Below, in pieces: positions 14,389 to 42,442 of a stretch of 64,000 nt of DNA. The stretch spans positions 18,051,045-18,115,044 of the forward strand of contig NC_092680.1 in NCBI RefSeq assembly GCF_964355755.1, written 5' to 3'. The stretch comes from Antedon mediterranea (taxonomy: Eukaryota > Animalia > Echinodermata). The position numbers were made by a program, and so were the translations under genes. Positions within the stretch are counted from its first letter, which is position 1. Each line of letters opens with the position of its first letter. Below the pieces are notes generated by a model, which had not been told where the DNA came from, ran no database searches, and saw nothing but the letters and a program-made list of their open reading frames with translations.

Positions 14389-15685
14389 GCATTATTTACA
14401 TGCGCAGAGTCCAAAATTATCTTCTGCGCATGTTAATTATGCTATAGTAACCAGTTATATCGAAAATAAAAAGGTTGAAATCTGACAATTTTTTGAATAA
14501 ATCCCTGTACTATAGCACAGAGAAATTTTCGAAAATGGCCTATTTTCGACCCTTTTATTTTTTGACATAACTGGTTACTATATGATAATTTACATGCGCA
14601 GAGTCCAAAAACGTGTTCTGCGCATGTTAATTATTCTATAGTTACCAGTTATATCGAAAATAAAAAGGCCGAAATCTGACCATTTTTTGAAAAAAATCCT
14701 GTACTATAGCACAGGGAAATTTTCAAAAATGGCCAGTTTTCGATCCTTTTATTTTTTGACATAACTGGTTAATATTATCATAATTTACATGCGTAGAGTC
14801 CAAAAACGTGCTCTGCGCTTGTTTAATTATGCTAAAGTAACCAGTGATATCGAAAAATATAAAGGTCGAAGTTTGACCATTTTTTGAAAAAGCATTATTT
14901 ACATGCGCAGAGTCCAAAAATGTCTTCTGCGCATGTTAATTATGCTATAGTAACCACTTATATCGAAAATAAAAAGGTCAAAATCTAACCATTTTTGGAA
15001 AATTTTCGAAAATTACCAATTTTCGACCCATTTATTTTTTGACATAACTCGTTACTATAAATCATAATTTACATGCACAGACTCCAAAAACGTCTTCTGC
15101 TCATGTTAATTATGCTATAGTAACCAGTTATATCGAAAATAAAAAGGTCGATTTTGGACATTTTTTTGAATAAATCCCTGTACTATAGCACAGGGAAATT
15201 TTCTAAAATGGCCTATTTTCGACCCTTTTATTTTTTGACATAACTGGTTACCATATGATAATTTACATGCGCAGAGTCCAAAAACGTGTTCTGCGCATGT
15301 TAATTATGCTATAGTAACCAGTTACATCGAAAAATAAAAAGGTCGAAATCTGACCATCTTTGGAAAAAATTCCTGTACTATAGCACAGGGAAATTTTCGA
15401 AAATGACAAATTTTCGACCCATTTATTTTTTGACATAACTGGTACTATATAATAATTTACATGCGCAGAGTCCAAAAACGTGCTCTGCGCATGTTAATTA
15501 TGCTATAGTAACCAGTTATATCGAAAAATAAAAAGGTCGAAATCTGACCATTTTTGTAAAAAGGGAAATTTTCGAAAATGACCAATTTTCGACCCATTTA
15601 TTTTTTTACATAACTGGTTACTATATCATAATTTACATGCGCAGACTCCAAAAACGTCTTCTGCGCATGTTAATTATGCTATGCC
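14389..15685. repeat. ~194-bp tandem repeat (~7 units) with nested palindromes
   Basis: TTTACATGCGCAGAG unit starts at 14395, 14589, 14784, 14898, 15068, 15262, 15456, 15632. Confidence 0.95.
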
Positions 15686-16194
15686 CTGTCAATTATGCTA
15701 GTATGACAAAGTCAAAATGTGGCCATTTAGAAAAAAAAATCACCCAAATTACAGACTTTTAAAAATTCAATGACAGTGTTATGCCCTAATATTGATGTAT
15801 CACATTATTTAGCCTGAAATGAAATTTTGGAGAAAAAAAAATTACTGCTAGGCAATATTTATTTGAATTTCTACGAATGACATACAAAATCGATAACAAT
15901 TTATCCAATACGTGCAATGAAAAAATATAAACGACACTAAATAATTAATAACACAATAATTATGTCGATGATTATAATTATATACTGAAATTATAATTGT
16001 TAAGAAAGAGTAACAATGCATATAACATGTGCGAACACTTATTGATATGCATAAATGGATGTTATATACAGTACATACATATTTTAACAAATGTATAGGC
16101 CTACAGTACTATACAAATACTCAAATGTATATTACAAGTACACAAATGTTTACCATACAACACACAATATGTACCATACAAATAAACAAATTTA

Positions 16195-16280
16195 TATTAT
16201 ATAACACCTAAATAAATTCCTGTCATTTGATTAGACGATTGTGGGTCACATGGCATTCAATAGTATGTACTATTAAACGA
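16195..16280 (+). mobile_element. Terminal fragment of a dispersed repeat (TATAACACC end; Crypton-like architecture inferred)
   Basis: TATAACACCTAAATAAATTCCTGTCATTTGATTAGACG...GGGTCACATGG is also at 32775 and 52200. Confidence 0.6.
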
Positions 16281-16450
16281 TTGTGTGATAGTACAGTACT
16301 TTTAAAACATTTTTGTAAAAAAAAAACAAACCACATGAAATCCAATAGCACTGCATGTTGTTTTGCAACCGGAAGCAGTAACACAGATAACAAAAAACAC
16401 AAAATACAAGAATCTACTCAGATGTTATATAAAAAAATGCAAAATATAGG

Positions 16451-17044
16451 AATGTGTACTATACAATATACAGATGTGTACTATACAATAGACAAATGTG
16501 TACTATAAAATATACAGATATACAATAGACAAATGTGTACTATACAATAGACAAATGTGTACTATACAATAGACAAATGTGTACTATACAATAGACAAAT
16601 GTGTACTATACAATAGACAAATGTGTACTATACAATAGACAAATGTGTACTATACAATAGACAAATGTGTACTATACAATAGACAAATGTGTACTATACA
16701 ATAGACAAATGTGTACTATACAATAGACAAATGTGTACTATACAATATACAAATGTGTACTATACAATAGACAAATGTGTACTATACAATAGACAAATGT
16801 GTACTATACAATAGACAAATGTGTACTATACAATAGACAAATGTGTACTATACAATAGACAAATGTGTACTATACAATAGACAAATGTGTACTATACAAT
16901 AGACAAATGTGTACTATACAATAGACAAATGTGTACTATACAATAGACAAATGTGTACTATACAATAGACAAATGTGTACTATACAATAGACAAATGTGT
17001 ACTATACAATAGACAAATGTGTACTATACAATAGACAAATGTGT
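16451..17044. repeat. 22-bp minisatellite (TATACAATAGACAAATGTGTAC)n, ~24 near-perfect copies plus degenerate edge
   Basis: Direct reading of tandem unit. Confidence 0.98.
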
Positions 17045-17488
17045 CTACACATTGTGTAGCATAAATAATATTGAAACTAGTGACTATTAAGCTTATTTTG
17101 ATTGTGGCACTTCTCTATTCGGATCATCTTTTTGCCAAATATCATTTAAAAATTTCAGGTAAATTCACAATTTTCGTGTGTGCACCTTTATCGGACAGTT
17201 GTTGTTTGAGTATGTGCGAAGCAATGTCAGCCACAGTGACTATTTGTTGCAATGACTACATAATGATGCAGCACTTTTATGATTGAACAACATTTTTTAG
17301 CTTTCATTTACTTTCCTATATTTACATACTCCTATAGGCATTCAGTATAATAATTGATTTAGTTAAAACTAGACTGATAAATGAATTCTCCCCATAGTAT
17401 AATGTATACAGATGAAAAATGATTCCATACAATGTACTATATATAAGTGTGTACATCATTTCTATAACTTCACACAATAAATATTTAA

Positions 17489-17639
17489 AGCTCTGTCTAC
17501 ACTATTAAACTAGTTTGACAAAAAAAAGTGTGATGTGCCCAAATATGGTAGTGATATACCTAAATATGGTAGTGGTATAACATTATTACGTCCATACACA
17601 TTTTTTTGTCACATAAAGTTTGATAGTGTGGACAGAGCT
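17489..17639. mobile_element. PIF/Harbinger-type MITE, family A
   Basis: TIR AGCTCTGTCTACACTATCAAACT / AGTTTGATAGTGTAGACAGAGCT; TAA/TTA flanks; ~19 copies or fragments in window. Confidence 0.9.
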
Positions 17640-18391
17640 TTAGAGTTGGTGAGCCGAAACAAATTTGATGAGGCGGAATTGAGATCTACTTTGTTTCCCT
17701 CATCTTTAAAATTGAAATTTTTTCGTATACTACATCTAAACAAGCACTAAATATAATATAATATGTTATATACACTACACATAATAGTCCAGGATTCATA
17801 CTTATTAAACATGGAATCGCCACAACACCTGAGTGACAGTCTGTGAGTGTGGTAATACAGATTATTCTTACTTACAAACCCTACACCCTTTACAGTAAAT
17901 ACTTAACCATAAGTTTATTTTTTTATACAAATTCATGATTATTCAATAAAAAGAAAAATAACAATGATTTTTTTTAAAAACAAAATCTTAATCTTAATTA
18001 AATATATAAAAAAAGACAATAGCATTTTTTTTTTCCTGTACATTTTTTTTCATCATAATTAGATGCATAGTCATATATAAACCACTGTACACGAAGTGAC
18101 CATTTTTTTCTACAACACGTAAATAGAAAAAAAAATCATTAGGAAAATGCATGCATTCATCTTTCAACACTTTCAATAACACCAATACAATATTAGACAC
18201 ATTATTTAACAAGCAAGTATTCATGATTGTTGGTTAAAAGGGAACGTGATTGGTCGAAATGGCATCAAATGACTACAGTTTGTAGACCGTGTAAATAAGC
18301 AATAAAACCAAAACTGTAGCATCACATTTTTTTAAAAAGATGCTTAATTCTTGATTGATGATTTAAACTAAAATAAAATGATACAATGATA

Positions 18392-18606
18392 CACCTGCTC
18401 CAGTTCCGACGGTGAAAATCAAATTGCGCCTCACTGTTTCATTGCACTATGCACCACACGGCTAAGCGCCAATCGAGTAAAAATATTGTTCTACACATGC
18501 CCATGTGTTGCGTGTGCATAATAATCTTTTTACTCGATTGGCGTATAGCTACTTGGAGCGTCATGAATACGAAAAGTGCATACTCGCAATTTGACCAGAG
18601 CACGTG
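18392..18606. mobile_element. Foldback MITE flanked by TA (Tc1/mariner-type)
   Basis: TA|CACCTGCTC ... GAGCACGTG|TA with internal inverted repeats TCAAATTGCG/CGCAATTTGA and CGCCAATCGAGTAAAAA/TTTTTACTCGATTGGCG. Confidence 0.7.
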
Positions 18607-18885
18607 TAGATACATCGAACAGTCACTGAAACCTTACATAATTATTAGGATAAAATAAAGTAACTTTAATGCTTATAAACTTCACAAGATATAAATGTAT
18701 CTTAAATCATTCATAAATTAGTAGTGCGTCCAGGAAGAGCATGTATTGTGATCAATTACGGAGTTACTGATATCTTATTCTTATCTGAAGTAAAGTATCA
18801 ATGTTTTCTAATACAATTGTTTCTGCTCTAAAAATCCTCTCATAAACAGCTCTTCTGGATACACCACTGATTTTTTATTTACTTT

Positions 18886-19068
18886 AGGAAGCTTTCGATT
18901 TTGCATCGATCAACAACCTAGCAACAAGCTAGGTCAGGTCAATCAATGTTGTTGTAGGTCATAGTCTGGAACTATGATACTTGTGTCAAGGTTGAGAGCC
19001 AGAAAGCACGTCCCACTTGCATGTGTACCAACTTAACATGATGTAGATTGGCTAATCGAAAGCTCCCT
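18886..19068. mobile_element. MITE with AGG(G/A)AGCTTTCGATT terminal inverted repeats
   Basis: TAGGAAGCTTTCGATT ... AATCGAAAGCTCCCTA; related remnant near 25107. Confidence 0.65.
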
Positions 19069-20399
19069 ATTGTGAATTTAGTATTATAACACTAGCTTCA
19101 TGATTTAGAAACATATTTAAGTAGAGAAAGACCACATCAGTTCTATACCACATACATAGTAAACAACATTAAACATGGAAAAAAACTTTCCCACAAACTT
19201 TTCACAGTTCTTACAAAGACATCAATTTGTTAAAATGCTAAAATTATTAATACCATGGCCAACAGATGTCACCCTCCATGGTAAATAGACACCTTGTCGA
19301 AAAAACAACCAATGTTGATACATTCCATGAAATGAAAATCACACTACTCAAAATTAAGCAAAAAGCCTATTTGTAAGCCTTTAAGCGAACAAAGTAAAAA
19401 TGTTTGGTTATTAAGATAATTTCTCATAAACACATATTCCTTTATATTTATTAACTACAAAACCGCGTTTTTATAAAATTGTAGCTTAACCAAATGGTAC
19501 AAATAAAACTACAAGTTTGTTTGCTATTAATAATAAAGACTAATTTAAGATTGGTCCTATAAAGCATTCATTATTATAATGCACATCATAAAAATATTAT
19601 TGAATTTGCATAACCATGATGTTTATTCATAAAAATGTCAATAAATATTATTTCCACAGGTCAAAGTTCATTACAATTGTCCAGTTTATTTTCTACACAA
19701 TATTTCGCATATTACTCTTACTTTTCATAGACTTCACAATACAAACAGCAAATTCAACACATTTGAAGCATATATACTGTCCTTCAAAACTCTAAAATAA
19801 ATCCTCATCAATAAAAATGCAAATATATGCAAATATAATGAATATTTGCAAATATAATGAATATTTGCATATTCAACAATATGCAAATTCATATGAACAT
19901 TTTGATAACAGAGAATTAGATCGTCATTAAAAAATTGATTGTTGTAAAAATGTACAAAGTTACAATATAGCACCTTCATAAAATATTCCAGGTGGATATT
20001 TGAATTTTGGTGCTTTGAAAGAAATAATACAGGTGGTACATCTATTTAATAGCAAAATGTAACCCCCACAAATGATAGCTTTGCTATCATATACAGCTAC
20101 AAAGTACTGTCAGTGGTGGAGAAGTCTGTGTCCTGTATCTTCTAATACCAAAAATGCTTTTTTCCAAGTTTATCCTGAAATAATTAAACATGATGGATTA
20201 GTTATAATGAACATAGAGATGATATTAAATGACTAACACAATCATAAAATGTTCCACCATGGAGACAAGCAATAGGCTGTGTCACATTGGCCAATCAGAT
20301 ACACCAGTTTTAAACTACTCTGTCACAGCGTATTGAGGGTTTATGTGAGAACGCAGTCTTATAAAATCCTCCTAAGTGAAAAGACTTTTACCAAGAAAT

Positions 20400-22089
20400 G
20401 ATTTGTATTATTCTAATTTATGCGGCTCCGCTTCGAGAAGTTGCCACCGCATAGTTTACTCTCTAGTAGTTTAATACTATCTCTATAGCTACATTAAACC
20501 TACCAAAACAGACAAGTAGTAATTTTTATTGATCTGATTTATGTGGCTCTGCTTTAAGGAGTTGCAATCGCTTAGTTTACTCTCTAGTAGTTTAATACTA
20601 TCTCTATAGCTACATTAAACCTATCAAAACAGACAAGTAGTAATTTTTATTGATTTGATTTATGTGGCTCTGCTTTAAGGAGTTGCCACCGCTTAGTTTA
20701 CTCTCTAGTAGTTTAATACTATCTCTATAGCTACATTAAACCTACCAAAACAGACAAGTAGTAATTTTTATTGATCTGATTTATGTGGCTCAGCTTTAAG
20801 GAGTTGCCACCGCTTAGTTTACTCTCTAGTAGTTTAATACTATCTCTATAGCTAAATTAAACCTACCAAAACAGACAAGTAGTAATTTTTATTATTCTGA
20901 TTTATGTGACTCTGCTTTAAGGAGTTGCCACCGCTTAGTTTACTCTCTAGTAGTTTAATACTATCTCTATAGCTACATTAAACCTACCAAAACAGACAAG
21001 TAGTAATTTTTATTGATCTGATTATGTGGCTCAGCTTTAAGGAGTTGCCATCGCATAGTTTACTCTCTAGTAGTTTAATACTATCTCTATAGCTACATTA
21101 AACCTACCAAAACAGACAAGTAGTAATTTTTATTGATCTGATTTATGTGGCTCTGCTTTAAGGAGTTGCCATCGCTTAGTTTACTCTCTAGTAGTTTAAT
21201 ACTATCTCTATAGCTACATTAAACCTACCAAAACAGACAAGTAGTAATTTTTACTGATCTGATTTATGTGGCTCAGCTTTAAGGAGTTGCCACCGCTTAG
21301 TTTACTCTCTAGTAGTTTAATACTATCTCTATAGCTACATTAAACCTACCAAAACAGACAAGTAGTAATTTTTATTGATCTGATTTATGTGGCTCCGCTT
21401 TGAGAAGTTGCCACCGCTTAGTTTACTCTCTAGTAGTTTAATACTATCTCTATAGCTACATTAAACCTACCAAAACAGACAAGTAGTAATTTTTATTGAT
21501 CTGATTTATGTGGCTCAGCTTTAAGGAGTTGCCACCGCTTAGTTTACTCTCTAGTAGTTTAATACTATCTCTATAGCTACATTAAACCTACCAAAACAGA
21601 CAAGTAGTAATTTTTATTGATCTGATTTATGTGGCTCTGGTTTAAGGAGTTGCCACCGCTTAGTTTACTCTCTAGTAGTTTAATACTACTGTATCTCTAT
21701 AGCTACATTAAACCTACCAAAACAGACAAGTAGTAATTTTTATTGATCTGATTTATGTGGCTCTGCTTTAAGGAGTTGCCACCGCTTAGTTTACTCTCTA
21801 GTAGTTTAATACTATCTCTATAGCTACATTAAACCTACCAAAACAGACAAGTAGTAATTTGTATTGATCTGATTTATGTGGCTCTGCTTTAAGGAGTTGC
21901 CACCGCTTAGTTTACTCTCTAGTAGTTTAATACTATCTCTATAGCTACATTAAACCTACCAAAACAGACAAGTAGTAATTTTTATTGATCTGATTTATGT
22001 GGCTCAGCTTTAAGGAGTTGCCACCGCTTAGTTTACTCTCTAGTAGTTTAATACTATCTCTATGACAAAATTAAACCTACCAAAACAGA

Positions 22090-22097
<8 letters not shown>
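20400..22097. repeat. 121-bp tandem array (~14 copies) immediately 3' of gene 1, overlapping its stop codon
   Basis: Period 121 (CTCTAGTAGT at 20461 and 20582); the last partial unit AAACCTACCAAAACAGACTAGTAGT includes the TAG stop (CTA 22090-22092). Confidence 0.97.
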
Positions 22098-36182
<14,085 letters not shown>

Positions 36183-37589
36183 AATGGTAGTCTGTGAGCC
36201 TACAATAGAAAAAAACATCAATTAACAGGATTTTGAAATGGGGTAGGGGGAGGGTATCAGACACTGATGAAAAGTACTGTATTTGAAGCACATGCCCTGT
36301 TGTGAAGTGAATTTAGGTAAATGATACCCCTACATGATAAGAAATGGTATTCTCTCACATAAAATTCATGACACCTCCCGGTAGTCAGTTGGCCAGAAAT
36401 GACACTCCAATATACTGTATAGTGTAGCAATCAGCAACACAATCATACAAGTAGTTCTGGTAATGGTGTGCATGTCATGTGAGTCAACAGTGTTTTGTTT
36501 TACGTTCAATCAATGTGTAGTCATTTTTTTAATAAAAAAAAGGGGGTAAAAAAGACATATGACTGTTTTAATTAAATCCATGCATTGTGATTTGACGTTT
36601 TCAAATAGTAAAATTAAACACATTGAAAAATAAAGGTATACCTTGACAGCATTTATTTGTTATTCTTTTCAATTATATACTGTAGTTCAATTAAGAACTA
36701 CACTGTATCAAAAAGGGTACTATAGCATCTAAAATAAATTAACATTATTTTTTTAAAGAAATGATCAGTAAAAACCCACAAACAAATCCTTTACACCAGT
36801 ATCTGTAAAATTTCCCTTTTCATAATACATTGTATAATTAGTTGATTCTTCCTTGTTTGTTAATTCAAGTAGTAACTATTACAAGAGTTTATGTCCTGAA
36901 TATCCTCACACAAGAAGATTCAGGTTCCAAATAATTTCCTGTGGACACAACAAAATCAAGGCTACTGGATACAAAGTATAAACAGAATCTAAATACTGTG
37001 CAAGTTTACTATTGAGCATTATATTATATTATTATAGTTCACTATAATCTCTCTATGTACAGTATTAAGCAAGGATATGTTTTAAAGCCAGCAGAAATTG
37101 GTCGACACAAATGTCCCACCCTGAACTCCTTGCCTCCAACGACCTCCTCCACCCCTAAAATAAAACATTTCCAGACCCCAAATGATTACGTTATCAATTG
37201 CTAAGAACCTTCTGAAAGCATTGATCTTGATTTAATCGCAAATGCGAGTCAAGTTAAGGTCAACTCACACTAAAAACAGCACAAACATTTTTCAGTAATT
37301 TTCTAGCCACAGTTCATTAAAAAAACCATAACAATTAACACTACAAATAGTAGTTGATGGAAACAGTTTTAATGTAATTTTCTTTAAACAATCTGATTTT
37401 TATGCCTTTTGGATGCGTTTTCTACTATTTTCACTTTCTTATTTTAAAGACCCCTTCCCTGCAATTTTGGACGTTTTTTGGAAAATAATACATATATATC
37501 ACTTTAAAAACATTAAACCATGTCATTCCTTGTCTTAAATGTACGTTTTATGGTAAATTATGATAAAAAGTGAGAAACTATGCACTACC

Positions 37590-37920
37590 TAAGTAGCTCG
37601 CGGCGATCGACCTCTCGTGGACGGTCTTAGGCTTAGTTTTGTAGGCCTAGCTGGTAAACATTGGTAACGTACGAACATCATACGCTAGCTATATACCTAG
37701 CCTGACGTTGTATAGTTGCTGCATTAATTGTCTTTCTATTTTTGCCAGACTCCGTTGATACAAATTGGGGAAAACCCGGTATTTTCGCTGAAAAGTTAAG
37801 AGTCTTCCATTTGTTTTGGCCTCACGGTCGATCGAAAAGTGGGCGAATTACAGGTGAAAAACAAAAATATTAATCCGCGCGCAATGCATTTTGGGATTTA
37901 TATAGCGGGCCGCTATAATT
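37590..37920 (-). promoter_or_regulatory. Candidate promoter/first exon of gene 1 with a Staf/ZNF143-like site
   Basis: Locally CpG-rich; minus strand ATCCCAAAATGCATTGCG at 37897-37880, overlapped by TATATAAA. Confidence 0.45.
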
Positions 37921-38883
37921 ATTAGAATCGACTTATTTTTCACATTTTTAACCGTTTAAAGACGAAAAAAGTTATCGCAATAGGACCATATAGTATTATT
38001 TTTACATTAAATATAGTTTGTGATCTTAAATTACTGTAGATCTAAAAAATGTAGGGAAGGTGGCTCTTGTTTTGCCCTGCATATGCTTGGTCCTCCAACC
38101 TGTGGTGTTTGTTACATTCTTATGTTTATTTGAAATAAAGGATGATTTTACAAAATTAAGGTGCAAGCATCGTTCTCAAAGCATCGTTCTCAAAATCATT
38201 GTGGCCAAAAGGTTTCTAAACATAGGATTATTTTTGGTATAACCATGGACCTAAACATTTTAATTTATAGGTCCATATTTATAAAGTATAATCAGAGAAT
38301 ATTGATTACTGTATGCATACATAAATTACTATATTTTTGTTGTTCTTTCCTTCTTTCTTTCTTTCCTACTATACTATCCAGACTCATCCATGGGATAGAT
38401 TGCCACATTTGCAACTCCTTTCTTCATCTCGTTATCCTCCCTTGTGTGACTGGGTCCAGCATCGAAATAGTGCATATTTGTTTTTAGGAATAGATTGATA
38501 GTAAAAAATACAAATCTCTCAATATTTTCTCATTATCTGTTGATACCACAAAACATGACTTTTATGTACGGCAAGGTAACATACTGTATAGTACAGTGCT
38601 ACTGTATACTTTCGCACCGAACATGAAATCGTTTTGTATACAGTACAGTAGGTCAATATTCAGCGCCGTTCAACGGGTTTAATGTTTTTAAATTGGTTTA
38701 TCCGGAGACATTGGTTGAGGTGTGAAAGTACAATAAATATGGATTTAGGTAATATACTTATAGAAAAGAAAATAGAAAAAAAAAGAAAAAATGAATCACT
38801 CTATATGCATGGGTAAGGTCCCTACTGTTACAGTACCAAACAAATGAATAGAATTAGCCTACTACTACCCTGTGTAGAGTCTA

Positions 38884-38919
38884 GTACAAGCATGGAGTAA
38901 AGTTACTCCATGGTACAAG
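38884..38919. mobile_element. P-element-type excision footprint or minimal element
   Basis: GTACAAG|CATGGAGTAA-AG-TTACTCCATG|GTACAAG: 7-bp direct repeat around a 22-bp palindrome. Confidence 0.7.
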
Positions 38920-40489
38920 TAAGTAGAGAAGAGGGCTATCCATCTTTTTGTTTCATTTTTTGTTCTTTCATTCATTATAAATAAAATCATGTCAGGCATA
39001 TATTTCATAGAGGAAAATTACAAATTAAACGATGTGACGACTGATGCATAAAAAAATTCCCTTCATCACCAGGAAGTACGGTAGCACAAAAACGTAGCTA
39101 CCGAGACTGTTCAGCGCTCACTGATTTGATCGTACAGTAGGCCTAGATTTAGTCTAGGATTTTAATAACAGGGAGCACTAAATAACAATTTCAACACAAA
39201 CCTTAATTTACATTGGATATCCAAGATACACCAGCTGCAGGACTAATGTCAGTGAGTGGAAAACAAGTAAATTTGCGACTAAATTCCCTCTAAACTCTGT
39301 TCGTTAGTTCCGCCAAGCCCAACCAGGAAGTTACCTACAAAATTCCGACGAACAACCTTTGATCCCACATGGATTATTCTATTAATAGGGGAGGGACGTT
39401 ATGTATAAAGTTTATAAAAACTGAACTATCCCCGATTAATGTTTTACCCCTTTAGTAATGTTGAAAGATCCAAACTTATTTAAGTTGTTTAGTTATTTAT
39501 TAATTGATTAAATAATAATTAAATCAAGTTAATAGAGTATGCCTACATTATTCGATTTATTTTCTAAACATGCATGCTATTAAGTTTATTCTAGCTAGGT
39601 TCAAAACCTCTTAAGCAATACGAAATTAAGTTTTAATCAACCGAAAATATGCTAATTTTTTACATTTTTATTAGTTTGAAAGTCATCATTAGACCTAGTA
39701 TAGGAGAAATACAAGCATCTTATTAATTGTGATTTAATCTCTTTTAACTTTCTTTTTTTTAAATGAGGCCGCTATAGGTCCTACTCAATACTTTGGGGAT
39801 CATAATTATACCTTGTCATAATGTACGGGTACGATTTGAATTTCGCTGCTATATTTAGCAGCAGCATTCAATATATTTATAGTTTGTATTAATATTAAAT
39901 TTATATATTTTTAATGTTTTTATTTTATTCATAGCCCTATTTTACCATTACATCAATCTATAGTTACTAAAGTGATTACAGTATTCCTCCTCGTCCCTCA
40001 CTGATTTGTTTGCGAGACTCAGTTCTAAACTAGACAACCGAAAATAAATTTGACAAGGTGGTTCATCGTTGGGCATTCATTACCATTAATATCTGACTGA
40101 AACTGTAGGCCTACCAACACGAACATCGACGTAACCGTTACGCCACAAAGTACGTATGACTGAACAGCTATTTACAAGATTCAAGACATTTTATTGGTAG
40201 GCCTTACGTAGTTAAGACAATAAAAGACGATAAAACTAGATAAATAAATCAAATTGCACAAACGCTATTTATTAATGTAATACATCGTTACGTCATAACT
40301 ATTAACCGACAAATGCTTCATATCTCAATTGTACTTATTATTTTTTGTAATTATGTTACTGAGGCATGTTTACTTCTAAAGGTGGTTGGCATAAATTATT
40401 TTGTATGGCATTTAATAAAATAAAATTATGTTTGTTGAATGAATTAGCTTGGACGACTGAGCATCGGGCATGTTGGTAACATAGAAGAG

Positions 40490-40666
40490 AACAAGGCCAA
40501 CAGCCATAAGTCGCGTGCCCTCAGAAAAAAATGAACTTTCAAAAAGTAATGTACATCAAAACAGTTCAAAAAGTACAGAAAAGCGATAAAACGCATAGTG
40601 ATACCGGACCGACAGACCGACCGACCGACATAGTGAACTATTGAGTCGCGTCCACGCGACTAAAAA
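40490..40666 (-). mobile_element. HINE/DINE-1-like Helentron derivative, complete short copy
   Basis: AACAAGGCCAACAGCCATAAGTCGCGTGC ... (GACC)n ... AGTCGCGTCCACGCGACTAAAAA; same family as 13605-14388. Confidence 0.78.
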
Positions 40667-40766
40667 TCTACCTACAACTTTTAAGTCGCATCTGGATAGT
40701 TGAAAGGACATTATTGTCGTGAATCGGTTTGAGAATCTGTTTAGTTATAATAATAGGTTAGCTTAA

Positions 40767-40859
40767 AGCTTGGTTCCCACTAGCGACGCAACGTAACGCA
40801 ACCTACGCAACGTAAGAAAATGCCCTTCCGATAATTGCGTCGCTAGTGGGAACCAATCT
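40767..40859. mobile_element. MITE family B (internally deleted)
   Basis: AGCTTGGTTCCCACTAGCGACGCAA / TTGCGTCGCTAGTGGGAACCAA. Confidence 0.85.
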
Positions 40860-40902
40860 TTATCTATCGACGCGGGCCTCACACAGACAAATCTGTGAGT
40901 AA

Positions 40903-41109
40903 AGCGTGGTTCCCACTAGGACATAACGTAACGCAACGCTACTACGTATTGACGCAAAGTGCTGTATTGCGCAATCACAAGTGGGAACCGACGACGAATC
41001 AGTGCTGACATTTTTGCAGGTTTAATTTCACACAGGAGGGGGCAAATACAATTATCGGAAGGGCATTTTCTTTCGTTGCGTAGATTGCGTCGCTAGTGGG
41101 AACCACGCT
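40903..41109. mobile_element. MITE family B
   Basis: Both TIRs; inverted relative to the 31871 copy. Confidence 0.88.
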
Positions 41110-42182
41110 TTAAGAAGTTACAAGAGTATCGGTATATAAATGCAGCCAAGGTAGCATCTACTTACACATCGAAGCATTACCACCTTTCTTTCGTGAAAAT
41201 GTCTTCTTCCCATGACGCGCCCATACTAACCATTATAACAATAGACAAATGGTATGTAAATTAGATTTAGGCCTACATTCCGAGGCAGCACACCACCAAC
41301 CCATTCAATAACAGCGCAAAGCAGACAAAATTCGTAATTAGGCTTTTGTGTGTGGCTCGCGCTGTTTTATTTTATAATTTAATTTTTATAATTTTGTTCT
41401 ATTAAATTACCGTCATGAGCCGCATAAATTGCATGCCTCGCTGGCCCGCACTGGATTTTCGCACTCTCCCAGACATCCCCCAGCATACACCTCTTATTTC
41501 TAGCATAAAATGCGTTAACATCAATAATAACATTGCTTGATATAAAAAGTATTCAACTATCTCTTGAACTACCTCTAGTTGGTAAAAACGTCAATGTCAT
41601 TCGGCAAATTATAATTTCCATACTTTACATCAACTAATTGTAGGCATAAACATGTTGACAAATTAAAAAAAACACTTCTTTTTTTTCATACTAAAGTTTG
41701 TCTTTATTTTACTAATTTTAAGAATTAAATTATAGCATTATTTATCATTATGTATAGCTTTTTACTTTTATACTTTCTGCAGTTATTAATTAGTTATTAT
41801 TAATTAGTTATTTATAGCATACAAAGAAGTACAAAACATTATATAAAAAGAATAGAACAACGCAACAGCCGTCCGGATAACTGTTGCCTCAAAACTAGAT
41901 CTAGAAAAAAAATAAATCTATTAATAGCATTATATTAGTCATTTTATAGTTTCATCCATGATTAGGCATCTCGGACGAGTTGACCAATCACAATCGACAA
42001 TTCAGATGACCCATCGAGTAGTGATTGGTCAAATCAATTGTGGCGCAGTTATGTCCTTGCGTGGGATCCACACTTTACAAGTTTAACAATAAATTAATGT
42101 ACTACATATATTAATAAACGGTGTGGTAACAATTTCAGGTTTTCATTTCAGGACTGTAGACGAAAGAGTCAATGTTACATAA

Positions 42183-42322
42183 TGCTTGGTTCCCACTAGA
42201 GACGCAACTCAACGTAATTGATTTGACCAATCACAAGTATTTATTCGACGGTCGCTTGTCGTTGGTCAACATGCTTGCGTTGCGTTTACGTCCTTGCGTT
42301 GCGTCATAGTGGGAACCAAGCT
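42183..42322. mobile_element. MITE family B (subfamily)
   Basis: GCTTGGTTCCCACTAG ... TAGTGGGAACCAAGCT. Confidence 0.85.
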
Positions 42323-42442
42323 TTAATCTGCAAATTACAGTATATTCATAATTCTTATGATTATTTGGTCGATACATTCATCCTTCTTCTATCGTCCTGA
42401 AATCCTGTTCTTAATCCCAGTTACAGTATCATTAAAATATTA

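Noticed and set aside
19254-19285. CATGG...CTCCATG as a third P-type scar
   Set aside because: Flanks are not duplicated and the arms pair poorly
39060-39335. ETS-type CAGGAAGT sites as an enhancer or promoter
   Set aside because: Only modestly more frequent than chance and no independent support
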